Translations under genes and position numbers: made by a program
Shown: piece after piece, positions 19,379 through 29,106 of the stretch
Layout of the letters: each line of letters begins with the position of its first letter
Numbering within the stretch: the stretch's first letter is position 1
The notes under the pieces: model-generated
Told to the model about the DNA's origin: nothing
What the model saw: only the letters and a program-made list of their open reading frames with translations
Database searches by the model: none
From: a virus
Taxonomy: Duplodnaviria; Caudoviricetes
IMG/VR virus record: IMGVR_UViG_3300029823_000374
Span: 1 to 41,218 of that record
DNA length: 41,218 bases
Direction: 5' to 3' (one strand)

Positions 19379-19714
19379 CTAACTTGATGTACTTGGAGTT
19401 ACCTTTTTACAATGTATGAACATTTCTTTTTTCTTACCTGTCTTATCAATTGGATCTCCTTCAACTTCATATATATTATTTCCTTCAAGAACTCTCATAC
19501 CTGCCGTAATGCCTTTTACATACCTTGATTTAAATGTCACATCATTTTCACTTTGATTCTGTGCCGCCTGGTAAAATACCCTATCTGAAAGTCCTATTTT
19601 AGCAACCCATAATGGTTTAAAATCCACCCAATCTTCTACAGGGAAATCATTGTCATTAGTTGTAGTTGTATATTTTTGAATAACAATTTTGGTATTCAAT
19701 TCACCTGGATTCAT
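19379..19714 (-). CDS. Head closure / head-tail joining protein
   Basis: MNPGELNTKIVIQK...W..F..W...ITAGMRV. Confidence 0.88.
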   Translation of the reverse strand: MNPGELNTKIVIQKYTTTTNDNDFPVEDWVDFKPLWVAKIGLSDRVFYQAAQNQSENDVTFKSRYVKGITAGMRVLEGNNIYEVEGDPIDKTGKKKEMFIHCKKVTPSTSS

Positions 19715-20019
19715 GCAGTACCACCACTTTCAGTAGTTGTTGTATCATAGCAATATTTAAGCTGTGTAATAAGACTTTGCAACCCATATGCAAGCTTATT
19801 TCCACTTCCTATAGGCTCCCTATTTTCATACCAGTGTACTACTAACATTTTAATAGCTAACTTAGCTACTTTATCACCAGTATTAAGAGTACAACCTGCA
19901 TTTTTGAGATAACCTTCTGCAGCATCAATTAGAGGTTGAATATCATCATCTTCATCCGTATAATCTACATCAAGTTTTAAATATTTTTTAGCTTCTGCTA
20001 AAGTTAATACACTGCTCAT
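19711..20019 (-). CDS. Head-tail connector (gp6-like)
   Basis: LAEAKKYLKLD...LIDAAE...LVVHWYENR. Confidence 0.9.
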   Translation of the reverse strand: MSSVLTLAEAKKYLKLDVDYTDEDDDIQPLIDAAEGYLKNAGCTLNTGDKVAKLAIKMLVVHWYENREPIGSGNKLAYGLQSLITQLKYCYDTTTTESGGTA

Positions 20020-20055
20020 TTCATCCCTCCTAAATAAAAGAGGGAATTAACCCTC

Positions 20056-21231
20056 TTATAGAATACTTGAAACATCAATTTGTCCATATACTGCTGCTTC
20101 TGAATCTATAAGCTTAATATCCTCTCTTTCAATTACTCTCAATTCAGTTCTATTCTTTCTAAATGCAGTACCACCGACATTAGTTGACGCTACTTGATGT
20201 CCTTTTCTTTCAAACATTGTAACAAGCTCTACTAAATTACCTACAATCATTGGAGCTAATTTAGTTGTTGTACCTGTAGTTGCGAGTACTGTATTAGATA
20301 CCGTTAATACTGGCTTTCCTGAAAATTTAACAGCTCCCGGATTAGTTAAGTCTGGCTGTAACAATGGTCTATTTTGAGCATCAATAAGTGTATCTAAATA
20401 TTGGTATCCATCTTGATTAGTAACTATTGATGCACCTGCAGCAAGTATTGGATCTAAAGTAATATTTATAGCTTTTTTGATTGCTTTCCAATCTGCAAAA
20501 GTAGATTTAGTTAATTTTCCAAGTAAAGTAAGTATTAAACTATTTCTTGTTACTACTGATTTTCTTGCAATCCAACCTGTCAAATAATTTATTATATTTT
20601 GGTCACTATCCTCTAATAGATCATTAGGTACTGGCATCCATCCAGCATAATCTTTTATAGCATACTGGACATTTTCAAATTGTGGTGAACCCATATCATT
20701 TATATCTGCTGTATCGTCAGTAACATTTTCTAAAGGAGTCATAGTAGCTATTTTTTCAAATACTCTGCTACCACTTAAAGCTGAAACTGGAATTATATTA
20801 ATTAAAGGTTCTAATTGTGGTAACGACCTCTTATATTGATTTATAGCTGTTTGTATATCTTGAGGTACTATGAGTCCACCATCAGCACCAGTGCTTTCAG
20901 TCATAGAATTTAAAATTTTAATATCGTTGGCATCAGCATTACCTTTCTTTCTTATTGTATTTAAAAAAGCTTTTTTATAATTATTTTTTAAATCTTCCTT
21001 TTCTTTTTTCTGATCTTTTGCTTCTGTACCAGTTAATTCTATTCCTTCTGGAGTAAATTCTTTTCCTTCATCTAGCAACTTTTGTGCTTCAATCATAGCC
21101 TTAACAGATTTTATTCCCTCTGTTTTAGCTTTAATTTCATCTGCTTTTACTCCCTCTTTATTCATTAATTCACTTGCTTGGTCTTGTAAATTGCTTAATT
21201 TATTGAGTAATTCCCTTAATTCCTTAGACAT
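20056..21231 (-). CDS. Major capsid protein, HK97 fold
   Basis: Coiled-coil delta domain, DGGLIVPQD, DLLEDS. Confidence 0.95.
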   Translation of the reverse strand: MSKELRELLNKLSNLQDQASELMNKEGVKADEIKAKTEGIKSVKAMIEAQKLLDEGKEFTPEGIELTGTEAKDQKKEKEDLKNNYKKAFLNTIRKKGNADANDIKILNSMTESTGADGGLIVPQDIQTAINQYKRSLPQLEPLINIIPVSALSGSRVFEKIATMTPLENVTDDTADINDMGSPQFENVQYAIKDYAGWMPVPNDLLEDSDQNIINYLTGWIARKSVVTRNSLILTLLGKLTKSTFADWKAIKKAINITLDPILAAGASIVTNQDGYQYLDTLIDAQNRPLLQPDLTNPGAVKFSGKPVLTVSNTVLATTGTTTKLAPMIVGNLVELVTMFERKGHQVASTNVGGTAFRKNRTELRVIEREDIKLIDSEAAVYGQIDVSSIL

Positions 21232-21271
21232 TTCATTACCTCGCTTTCAAATTTTGAGTATAAAAAAAGCA

Positions 21272-22042
21272 TTAAAGTTCACACTCTAAAGCTAATTTTG
21301 CTTTTAATAGTTCAGTTTCATTTTTATCATCTTTTGGGTTATGTTGTGGCTCTGGATTTCTTAACTTTTCAAAATCAAAGTACCTTTTAGCCGCCATATT
21401 CGCACTATTTTGTATAGCGAACCTATCGAAAGAAAAATTCAAAACATTCTTTGGAGAATCTTCATTATCTTGATATAAAATACCATCTGCAAATCCTTGT
21501 TTAACTGCTGTAGTGGCAGACATATAAGTTTCATCATCCATCATTGCACTTATTTTATTCTTAGATTTTTTCGTCTTAGCTTGATAAGCATTCATAATAG
21601 ATTGTTTAACTTCGTCTAATACATCTGCCTGTTTTCTCATATCACTAGCATACCCGTGTACTCCACTTAATGGATTATGAATCATCATTATAGCTACAGG
21701 AGACATTAATATTTCATCACCTGCCATAGCAATTACACTTGCAGCACTCATTGCCTTACCATCAATTTTAGTTGTTACTTTTCCATTGTGCTCTTTTAAT
21801 GAATTATAAATACCTGCTGCTGCAAATACATCTCCACCATAACTATCAATCCATACAGTTATATCCTTCCCTTCATATTGTGCTAATTCATCTTTAAAAG
21901 CATTAGGACTCGCACATTCCATATCAAGCCATTCATATATCCAGGCATCATCATCACTTACTATGTCGCCTTGTATTCTTAATTCAACACTTTCAGGAGT
22001 AGTTTCGGTTGCTTCATTCTTAATAAAATTCCAAAATTTCAT
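21272..22042 (-). CDS. ClpP-type prohead protease
   Basis: IDSYGGDV, AMSAASVIAMAGD, MMIHNP, ETYMSA. Confidence 0.95.
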   Translation of the reverse strand: MKFWNFIKNEATETTPESVELRIQGDIVSDDDAWIYEWLDMECASPNAFKDELAQYEGKDITVWIDSYGGDVFAAAGIYNSLKEHNGKVTTKIDGKAMSAASVIAMAGDEILMSPVAIMMIHNPLSGVHGYASDMRKQADVLDEVKQSIMNAYQAKTKKSKNKISAMMDDETYMSATTAVKQGFADGILYQDNEDSPKNVLNFSFDRFAIQNSANMAAKRYFDFEKLRNPEPQHNPKDDKNETELLKAKLALECEL

Positions 22043-23310
22043 TATTTACCACCTTTACTATATTGATTTCCCGCCTGTTCTGCAGGTATCATATTACCAT
22101 TCAAATACAATCTATTACCTCCTGGAGCAGGTGGATCTTCTTCAAGTGCCCTACATTCATCAGGCATTTTAATACCATTCTGAACAGCAGTAGCATAAGC
22201 TTCATATCTAGTCTTAGTATCACCACGTAACATTACATCGGCGTTGAATTTAGCATATATACCATTATCTATTTCACTGTTCAAGAAACATTTATATGTT
22301 GTTTCCTGCTCATATGGTGTTAATATCGCAAGCATTGTGTCACTATAAAATTGTCTATTTGCTTCACTGGTAGAAGAATAAGACGATTTTACTAATTCAT
22401 TTAACTGGTGCAATTTAATACCAAAGGCTGCACTTACTTGTTGTACTGTTAATTTACTATTCTCTAAGAACTGTGCATCTGTTAATTTTAAGCTTAGTGG
22501 TTGATACTGATAACCTATAGGAAGTAAACTTATTCTATTAGCATTACTTAAACCGCTAGACATTCTTTCAAAATTTGTTTTAAATGTATTCTCTGCTTTT
22601 GGGCTTAAATCTCCAACATAATTTACTATTCCTGCACTCTGCATACCATTTTTAAAACTGTTATTAAGGAACTTCTCACTGGCTTTTGCATTTTCTATAC
22701 TATTCCTAAGCTGTGTAATAGGACTTAATCCAACAATTCCATCTGTAGTCATTGCTTTAAAATGTAGTAAATCTGTTGCTTGTAGCTTATGCTGTCCTCC
22801 CATATTATCCGTATAGACATACCAAAGAGTATTTTTTGAACTTAATAGTCCTACATTATCAACCCAAATTTCCATTTGCTCTGGATTAAGTGGATAAAAG
22901 CCTTGTATCTGTCCTTGGTTCTTTCTTCCCATAGGTATAAAATCCAACCAAACATAACTATTACCATAGATATTTCTAAGTGTTTCAACACACTTCCAAA
23001 AGTCAAACGCACTCATGTAAGGGTTAGGGCGTAATTTAAAAAACTTATATAAATAATGGTCTGTAGCTTTTTTTATACCACCGCTATCTTGATATATTTT
23101 TAATGGAAGTTTTGCAAGACTCTCACTTAAAAGCTTTATACAAGTGTATACAACAACCTCTTTTAAAGCATTTTTACCTCTTATTTTTAAATCATCTTGT
23201 GTTATACCTAAATACCCCATTAAGATGTCAAAATCAGCCGACCAATTACCACCATCACCACCAAGTGTCTGGTTTCTTATCCTGTTTCTATACGTATTCC
23301 TAAAAAGCAT
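22042..23310 (-). CDS. Portal protein, HK97 family
   Basis: LRPNPYMS, DGIVGLSP, DAQFLE. Confidence 0.95.
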   Translation of the reverse strand: MLFRNTYRNRIRNQTLGGDGGNWSADFDILMGYLGITQDDLKIRGKNALKEVVVYTCIKLLSESLAKLPLKIYQDSGGIKKATDHYLYKFFKLRPNPYMSAFDFWKCVETLRNIYGNSYVWLDFIPMGRKNQGQIQGFYPLNPEQMEIWVDNVGLLSSKNTLWYVYTDNMGGQHKLQATDLLHFKAMTTDGIVGLSPITQLRNSIENAKASEKFLNNSFKNGMQSAGIVNYVGDLSPKAENTFKTNFERMSSGLSNANRISLLPIGYQYQPLSLKLTDAQFLENSKLTVQQVSAAFGIKLHQLNELVKSSYSSTSEANRQFYSDTMLAILTPYEQETTYKCFLNSEIDNGIYAKFNADVMLRGDTKTRYEAYATAVQNGIKMPDECRALEEDPPAPGGNRLYLNGNMIPAEQAGNQYSKGGK

Positions 23311-23315
23311 TTACC

Positions 23316-23483
23316 TCACTTCCTTCCAAATGGACATTTTGTGAAATATATACCTAACCCCAATAATACAATCCCTAAAACGTACAACCCTATAATTTTA
23401 GACAATAAAAAAGTGGCTATAACTATTATGATTAAACCACTTAATATAAGAATATCTTCTATATAATTTTTTATAAACTTCAA
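23316..23483 (-). CDS. Small two-TM protein between terminase and portal (not in ORF track)
   Basis: TTG start; MKFIKNYIEDILILSGLIIIVIATFLLSKIIGLYVLGIVLLGLGIYFTKCPFGRK (55 aa) fills the gap. Confidence 0.75.
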   Translation of the reverse strand: MKFIKNYIEDILILSGLIIIVIATFLLSKIIGLYVLGIVLLGLGIYFTKCPFGRK

Positions 23484-23487
23484 TAAA

Positions 23488-25230
23488 TCACTTCCACATC
23501 TTATCTAAATATTCCTCTCCAGCATACTTAGAAACATCAGGTTTATATTCTCTTAATTCAGCCAAGTACATTTCATGTGCAAATATAGCACTTGCTGGTG
23601 GATCTATTCTTTTAAATTTACCTTTTTTCTTTAATTTTATCTCACCAAAACTGTTTGTATCCTTCTCACAGTTATCTAAAGACCATGTAAAAAGCTTATT
23701 ACCATCATGTACAATCTGTTGTACCATAATTAAATCTCTAAAACTTACAGTAGCATTGTCTAATTTAGCACAACTTTGTGGTACCTTAACACATTCCCAA
23801 CCACATTTTTCCATTTCAGCTACAAAGAAATTAGCGTAATGTTGGTCATACCCTAACTTACCCCGTTTCAAATCATATTTTTCAACTATATCCTCAATGT
23901 AATTAACCATTTCCATGTAATCTACAATCAACCCATCATTTGCAGTGGTTTTCGTAAGCCACCCTCTTTTTATCCATAAATCATATGGAACATTATCGGT
24001 CTTAGACTTTTCTTTTACAACTGCTTCTGGAATATAGGAATGACTAAACACTGCATATTTTGTAATATTATCTTCTAAAAACTTAAATTCAAAACTATTA
24101 GATGTTAAGTCACCAGTTTTAGATAAGTCAGCACCAATATTCACAGTACAACTTCTAAAATCTTCAAAGGATATTTTTCTCTGGCATTTCTTCCAGTATT
24201 CAATGTCAATGTATTTGTCCTCGCCTGCATTTACATAAATATTGCAGTTCTTAGTTAGGAAGTCTGTTTTCTTTCCCTCATCACTAGAATTTTTGGCAAG
24301 CACCATAAGCTCTTTTATACTTTCAATTCCTACATCATAGGTTGCTGCCACTGGATTAGCTTTTATCCAATTCTTTTCATCATATGGATTATCATCTTTT
24401 TCAAGTTCATTTATCATCACAAAATATCGGTCATTAGGAATTATTCCATCAAGAATACTGCAACAATCTTTATATTCATAGTAACAAGGTGTTTCCTCAT
24501 AATCGACACCTGCTGTAGTTATTATAACAAGCAACGGTTCCTGCCTTGAAATCATACCTGACTTCATAACATCATACATTTTCCTATCAGGGTGTGCATG
24601 ATATTCATCTATGATAGCCATTTGAGGGTTTTTACCATCACCAGTTTTACCTGCTTTTTGAGATAGATGCCTAATGAAACTATGACTCCTTTTATGTCTA
24701 ATTTCTCTCTGGACTATCTTAAAACGTTTTTTAAGTGGTTTACTTAACATCAAATTAATTTCATCAAATACCACTCTAGCCTGTTCTCTTTCAACGCCTA
24801 GAGTATATATTTCTGCTGCATTGTGTCCTTTGGCTGCACATTCATATGCGGCCATACCTGCTTCCAACTGTGACTTTGAATTTTTTCTACCTACTTGAAT
24901 AAAAGCAAATCTAAATCTTCTATAGTCAGTATTCTTACACTTCCATGCTTCAATGTTACACACAACAAATTTTTGCCATGAATTAAGAATTATTGGTTTT
25001 CCTTCAAGTGGTCCTTTTGAATGTTTGCAATAAGAATACCACTTAACAATCCTCTGTGCTTCTGTTTCATCCCAGTAATAATTCCAGGTATCTATCTCCA
25101 TTTTCTTTAAATCGTTAAGAAACCTTTGGCAAGCCTGCCTATGCCTTTTACAAGCTAGTATTTTTCCATCTAATATGTCATTAGAGTAATCAATTAATTC
25201 CTCTAACACTGTACTATATTGTTTAGGCAT
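23488..25230 (-). CDS. terL: Terminase large subunit
   Basis: Walker A VGRKNSKS, IIDEYH, IITTAG, GADLS, KRIDP; start probably ATG 25230. Confidence 0.96.
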   Translation of the reverse strand: MPKQYSTVLEELIDYSNDILDGKILACKRHRQACQRFLNDLKKMEIDTWNYYWDETEAQRIVKWYSYCKHSKGPLEGKPIILNSWQKFVVCNIEAWKCKNTDYRRFRFAFIQVGRKNSKSQLEAGMAAYECAAKGHNAAEIYTLGVEREQARVVFDEINLMLSKPLKKRFKIVQREIRHKRSHSFIRHLSQKAGKTGDGKNPQMAIIDEYHAHPDRKMYDVMKSGMISRQEPLLVIITTAGVDYEETPCYYEYKDCCSILDGIIPNDRYFVMINELEKDDNPYDEKNWIKANPVAATYDVGIESIKELMVLAKNSSDEGKKTDFLTKNCNIYVNAGEDKYIDIEYWKKCQRKISFEDFRSCTVNIGADLSKTGDLTSNSFEFKFLEDNITKYAVFSHSYIPEAVVKEKSKTDNVPYDLWIKRGWLTKTTANDGLIVDYMEMVNYIEDIVEKYDLKRGKLGYDQHYANFFVAEMEKCGWECVKVPQSCAKLDNATVSFRDLIMVQQIVHDGNKLFTWSLDNCEKDTNSFGEIKLKKKGKFKRIDPPASAIFAHEMYLAELREYKPDVSKYAGEEYLDKMWK

Positions 25231-25729
25231 CTGGGAAATCCTCATTAAAATTTTCTTCATCTTCATCTAGCTCTGGAGTATTTTGTTGGACTATTTTCAA
25301 ACGTGCTGCTGGAGATAAACCAAAGTCACTGGAATACTTTTTAAAAATATCCGCATACCTTATTTGTGTTTTAACTAAAGGATTCTCAACTTCACTAATT
25401 CCTAACTTACTAACCTGATCTATTTTTAATTGCTCTGTATGAAGTGCAATAGTACATCTAATATATTTGTCCATGGCATCTGCCATTATGGCAAGTCCAT
25501 ATATATCTACATTCACAAGTATGTCAATTTCTTTTAAATTTTTAACTATGTCTTTAAAAATCTTTTTCCCGTTCTTACTCATCCATGTTGGAGGCCTTAT
25601 TTTATCACTCTGTAACTTTTGGAGCACCTTCTCCTGTTCTTGCCTTTTTTCAATTTCATCTTTAGTCAGGTGACTTTTATTTCCATTTTCAAGAATAGCT
25701 TTTACTGAATAATTTTTTCTTCCAGGCAT
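25223..25729 (-). CDS. terS: Terminase small subunit (P27 family)
   Basis: GNKSHLTK, PPTWMS, ENPLV, FGLSPAARL. Confidence 0.92.
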   Translation of the reverse strand: MPGRKNYSVKAILENGNKSHLTKDEIEKRQEQEKVLQKLQSDKIRPPTWMSKNGKKIFKDIVKNLKEIDILVNVDIYGLAIMADAMDKYIRCTIALHTEQLKIDQVSKLGISEVENPLVKTQIRYADIFKKYSSDFGLSPAARLKIVQQNTPELDEDEENFNEDFPDA

Positions 25730-25769
25730 TTCAAAATCACCTCCAGTCTTTTTTACTCAAAAATTCTCA

Positions 25770-25856
25770 AAAACCGAGAAAAATTCATACGGTTGAGGCC
25801 ATGCGGTCATTTAGGAGTCGCCTAAAACTTTTTTATACCCCCTACCCAGTATTTTA
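25770..25856 (-). other. Candidate cos/packaging site
   Basis: GC-rich GACCGCATGGCCTC (25795-25808) flanked by GGGGG and A/T tracts, just upstream of terS in an HNH + P27-terminase phage. Confidence 0.5.
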
Positions 25857-26125
25857 TTATTAAAATATTCTACACTCCAAAACATTAAATCATCTTCTTG
25901 TCCTACTCCTATAATGAAATTAAAGCCTTTGCTTATACTTTGCCATGCAGAATCAATTTTCTTTATGCATCCTTCATTAATGTTCTCTGCTCTTAGTTTA
26001 GATACCCTGTATCTTTTATAATCATCCTTTGTAAATATTTTATATTCGTAGAATTTATCACATATTATTTGTTTTGGTGGAGAACCCGGTGATGGGTAAT
26101 TTGTTACTGGTACTTTATGTTTCAT
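25811..26125 (-). CDS. Hypothetical protein between HNH and the cos region
   Basis: 104-aa ORF with AGGAAG RBS. Confidence 0.6.
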   Translation of the reverse strand: MKHKVPVTNYPSPGSPPKQIICDKFYEYKIFTKDDYKRYRVSKLRAENINEGCIKKIDSAWQSISKGFNFIIGVGQEDDLMFWSVEYFNNKILGRGYKKVLGDS

Positions 26126-26129
26126 ATAA

Positions 26130-26582
26130 TCACTTCCTATTTACTTTATTCCATTTTTTGAGTAATCTCTTTAGCATTACCTGAATACCTTCCTTATCCT
26201 TACGATACAACATATGTATCTTTCTATGACTTTCATCTGATACAGGAATTATATTATCTATAATTAACCCTTTGCTGTAGTCCTCCTTAAGCTCCACTAT
26301 ATGATGTCCTGTAGTTGCAGGGACAATTCTATTTTCTATGAAGTACGCAAATACATCTAATCCTTTATACTTTTTTAAAACATAATCTCTTAATGTTTCC
26401 CATCCACTGCTATGGTAGAACAAAGTATATTGTTTATCTCTCTTATGCCTTATCTTAGTGTCATACTTTCTATTCTTATCAGTTTTAAGTTGTCCATATA
26501 ATCTTTTATGTTCCTCACAATACCTTTCATTACCTGGAATAATCTTATGGCAATCACTAAAATTACATATCTTTTTAGGCGT
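26130..26582 (-). CDS. HNH endonuclease (packaging-associated), non-canonical start
   Basis: The frame stays open upstream of the called TTG: PKKICNFSDC...RYCEEH...FYHSSGW...HHIVEL...N...H..IH; RBS GGAGGTG precedes ACG at 26582. Confidence 0.8.
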   Translation of the reverse strand, partial: TPKKICNFSDCHKIIPGNERYCEEHKRLYGQLKTDKNRKYDTKIRHKRDKQYTLFYHSSGWETLRDYVLKKYKGLDVFAYFIENRIVPATTGHHIVELKEDYSKGLIIDNIIPVSDESHRKIHMLYRKDKEGIQVMLKRLLKKWNKVNRK

Positions 26583-26608
26583 TATATCACCTCCGAGTTT
26601 TACTCCGT

Positions 26609-26746
26609 ATTTGTCATAATACCAATTGTGTTAAACTTATTTAATCTTCGTATTTGATGCCTGTATGTGTTATATTTGCTATGCTTACAAGGCATATACT
26701 TTACATAGCCTTTATATGAGTTTAACATATACTCGTTATGACAAGT
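26609..26746. repeat. Inverted pair of dif-like sites downstream of the small tyrosine recombinase
   Basis: ATTTGTCATAA-TACCAA-TTGTGTTAAAC (26609-26636) and, inverted, ACTTGTCATAA-CGAGTA-TATGTTAAACT (26719-26746). Confidence 0.7.
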
Positions 26747-26757
26747 ACAATTCATAT

Positions 26758-27324
26758 TTAAACACCAAAGTTCATATCATCTAATGCTTTATCCAGTGCC
26801 TGTTGCTCTACTCCTATGTACCTAAGAGTAATAAGTTGGCTACTATGATTGAATAACTTTTGAAGTAATGCTATATCCTTTGTCTTTTTATAATACAGAT
26901 AACCAAAGGTCTTTCTAAGAGAGTGACACCCTAAACCTTCTATACCCAACATACCGCCTATCTCTACTATTATCTGGTATGCACGTTGTCGTGTTATAGG
27001 TTTATTCTCATGTTCCCTTGATTTAATAAGGTAGTCAAAAGGTTCTTTATCTTTGCAGAAAGACTTTAAACAATCTCTTACTTCCTGATTTAATTTGATA
27101 CGCTTAAACTTCTTTGTCTTACCTTCTCTCAATATCAGATATTTTCTAATATTATGTTTCTTATCTTGTATATCTCCTACCTTAAGTTTAAGTATGTCAG
27201 ATATCCTTAAGCCTGTATGGAATCCTAACTCCAACATTACATAATCTCTCTCATTATTTTGTTTTGCATATCTAAGGATCTGTTGTACCTTATTAATATT
27301 CTTTATTGGTTCAACTACATTCAT
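26758..27324 (-). CDS. Small tyrosine recombinase (catalytic domain only)
   Basis: TGLRISD, KT.K, HSLRKTF, FNHSS, LRYIG; 188 aa. Confidence 0.93.
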   Translation of the reverse strand: MNVVEPIKNINKVQQILRYAKQNNERDYVMLELGFHTGLRISDILKLKVGDIQDKKHNIRKYLILREGKTKKFKRIKLNQEVRDCLKSFCKDKEPFDYLIKSREHENKPITRQRAYQIIVEIGGMLGIEGLGCHSLRKTFGYLYYKKTKDIALLQKLFNHSSQLITLRYIGVEQQALDKALDDMNFGV

Positions 27325-27380
27325 ATCACCACCTCATATTCTTGCAATAAAAAAAATAGCTTATGCAGCTATCTACTTTT

Positions 27381-27707
27381 TCAATCACATTCTATATGGC
27401 AAGGCATTTCTCCTATAGGAAATGTTACCTTCGCATTGTCAAGATAATACTGAAATATATCAGTAGAAACTATAGAGTTACGATACCATTGACCAGCTAA
27501 TATTATTATTGCATCCTGCGGATTTAAACCATCTATGTCAATAGTTCTTGATGAAAATATTTTAGGTTTCTTTTTAATTTTTATATATTCGTTTATGCTT
27601 TTCCAATATGCTTTTGCTGTAAATCCTGTATCAGATATAATCCATATATCAATATCAGGTTCACATTCAAGTATATTTTTTAACCTATCTACTGCTTTAC
27701 ATATCAT
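27381..27707 (-). CDS. Hypothetical phage protein
   Basis: 108-aa ORF, AGGTGA RBS. Confidence 0.7.
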   Translation of the reverse strand: MICKAVDRLKNILECEPDIDIWIISDTGFTAKAYWKSINEYIKIKKKPKIFSSRTIDIDGLNPQDAIIILAGQWYRNSIVSTDIFQYYLDNAKVTFPIGEMPCHIECD

Positions 27708-27713
27708 AACTTA

Positions 27714-28016
27714 TCACCTTCTTTTATACTCACTTGTTTTTAATATTCTCTTCGTTCCTTCATTAGACAATACTGTTTCTGTACCTTTAAAATGGGAGAT
27801 CTTTGTTCTTGAGTCTGCACACTTTCCACATTTTTCACATATTTTGCAGTTAAGTTCAAACATCTGCTTTTGTTCTTCAAGTGCTTCTTGAGCATCTTTT
27901 TCGTTTAATATTAACTCTTTCCCCCAATCTCCTGTAAAATGAATTCCACAAGCTCTTTCACATGTTCCTGCAACATATCCAACATATCCTGTTTTAGCAC
28001 CAGTTACATTACTCAT
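27714..28016 (-). CDS. Hypothetical Cys-containing phage protein
   Basis: 100-aa ORF with CxxC-like clusters, AAGGA RBS. Confidence 0.65.
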   Translation of the reverse strand: MSNVTGAKTGYVGYVAGTCERACGIHFTGDWGKELILNEKDAQEALEEQKQMFELNCKICEKCGKCADSRTKISHFKGTETVLSNEGTKRILKTSEYKRR

Positions 28017-28025
28017 TCTATCCTT

Positions 28026-28151
28026 TCACTCCTCATCTTTAATTATTTTTATCATTCCACTAACCATAGTTGCTATAAATACTGTTGCTCCTGATGCACA
28101 ACATCCAGTAAAAGCTATCACTAAAATTTTCTTACATATTATTTCAACCAT
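28026..28151 (-). CDS. Small single-TM protein (41 aa, not in ORF track)
   Basis: RBS AGGTGA; MVEIICKKILVIAFTGFVASGATVFIATMVSGMIKIIKDEE. Confidence 0.55.
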   Translation of the reverse strand: MVEIICKKILVIAFTGCCASGATVFIATMVSGMIKIIKDEE

Positions 28152-28251
28152 TTACTTCACCTACCTTGTTACTAACATTTATATCGCCCTCTCATTTTTA
28201 GCATAATAAAAAGGCCTAATATCAGACCTTTTTGCTTAATTTATTTACTAG

Positions 28252-28734
28252 TTAATCTAATTTATATTTATTCAATAATGCTTCCTGTTGTTTTGATCGT
28301 TCTTCAATTTCCTTTATATCAACTTCCTGTATTTTTGCTGTATACATTATACCTTCAATAGCACATTCAAAGCTATCTTTAAAATTCTGGAAAAGAGTTT
28401 TAGATAATACTCTCTCTGTTTTCTCTGTATTATACATACTTATTTTAATTGGCGATCCACTTTCAACATCGTAAACATATAAATCATTTTCTTTGCCATT
28501 ATAATAAAGTATTGGACCTCTAATACACGTATATTTATACTTAGGATGCCTGAAATACACTTCCCTCTTATGTAGAAAATCAATTACAATTTTAAATTTT
28601 TTAAGATATTCTTTGAATATTTCTACCTGCTTTTCATTATTTTTTTCACATTGATTCAAAAGATTATCCATGTTCGATTGATTCTCTTCTAACTTTTCCT
28701 TTAAATTTTCTTCACTAATATTAGTTAAATCCAT
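28252..28734 (-). CDS. Hypothetical moron protein with its own promoter and terminator
   Basis: AAGGAG RBS; SigH-like promoter upstream; terminator at 28201-28233. Confidence 0.75.
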   Translation of the reverse strand: MDLTNISEENLKEKLEENQSNMDNLLNQCEKNNEKQVEIFKEYLKKFKIVIDFLHKREVYFRHPKYKYTCIRGPILYYNGKENDLYVYDVESGSPIKISMYNTEKTERVLSKTLFQNFKDSFECAIEGIMYTAKIQEVDIKEIEERSKQQEALLNKYKLD

Positions 28735-28757
28735 AACATCAACTCCTTTAATAAATA

Positions 28758-28786
28758 CATTTCTACATTTTAGAAATTATTCCTTC
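28758..28786 (-). promoter_or_regulatory. SigH-like promoter
   Basis: GAAGGAATA-11-GTAGAAATG. Confidence 0.6.
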
Positions 28787-28800
28787 TTTTATCGACTAAA

Positions 28801-29028
28801 TTACTGTATTTCCTTTAAGACTTTATTTACAACTTTTCTAAACTTAGAGTTTTTGTTTAAAGCATCTTCTAAAGACATAATACCTAAATCAGTAAAAATA
28901 AATCCCTGTCTATATAATTCATAAGCAATTATAAATGCTGAATATCCATAATTCTTTATTAATATTTCTGCGTGCCTTTCTTCCATAGGGAAATTAGTTA
29001 TTAATGCATTACTTAATTTATTTTTCAT
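28801..29028 (-). CDS. Hypothetical protein
   Basis: 75-aa ORF in the operon orientation; weak RBS. Confidence 0.5.
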   Translation of the reverse strand: MKNKLSNALITNFPMEERHAEILIKNYGYSAFIIAYELYRQGFIFTDLGIMSLEDALNKNSKFRKVVNKVLKEIQ

Positions 29029-29106
29029 TGATTCATTAATTTTCTAACCTTTATTCATACAACCTAATCCAGTCCAGAATGATACTAATGAAGGACTAAC
29101 CATATT

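Noticed and set aside
26580-26582. Link between the HNH ACG start and integration in the ACG-decoding tRNA-Thr(CGT)
   Set aside because: Initiation uses the initiator tRNA regardless of codon, so this is most likely coincidence.
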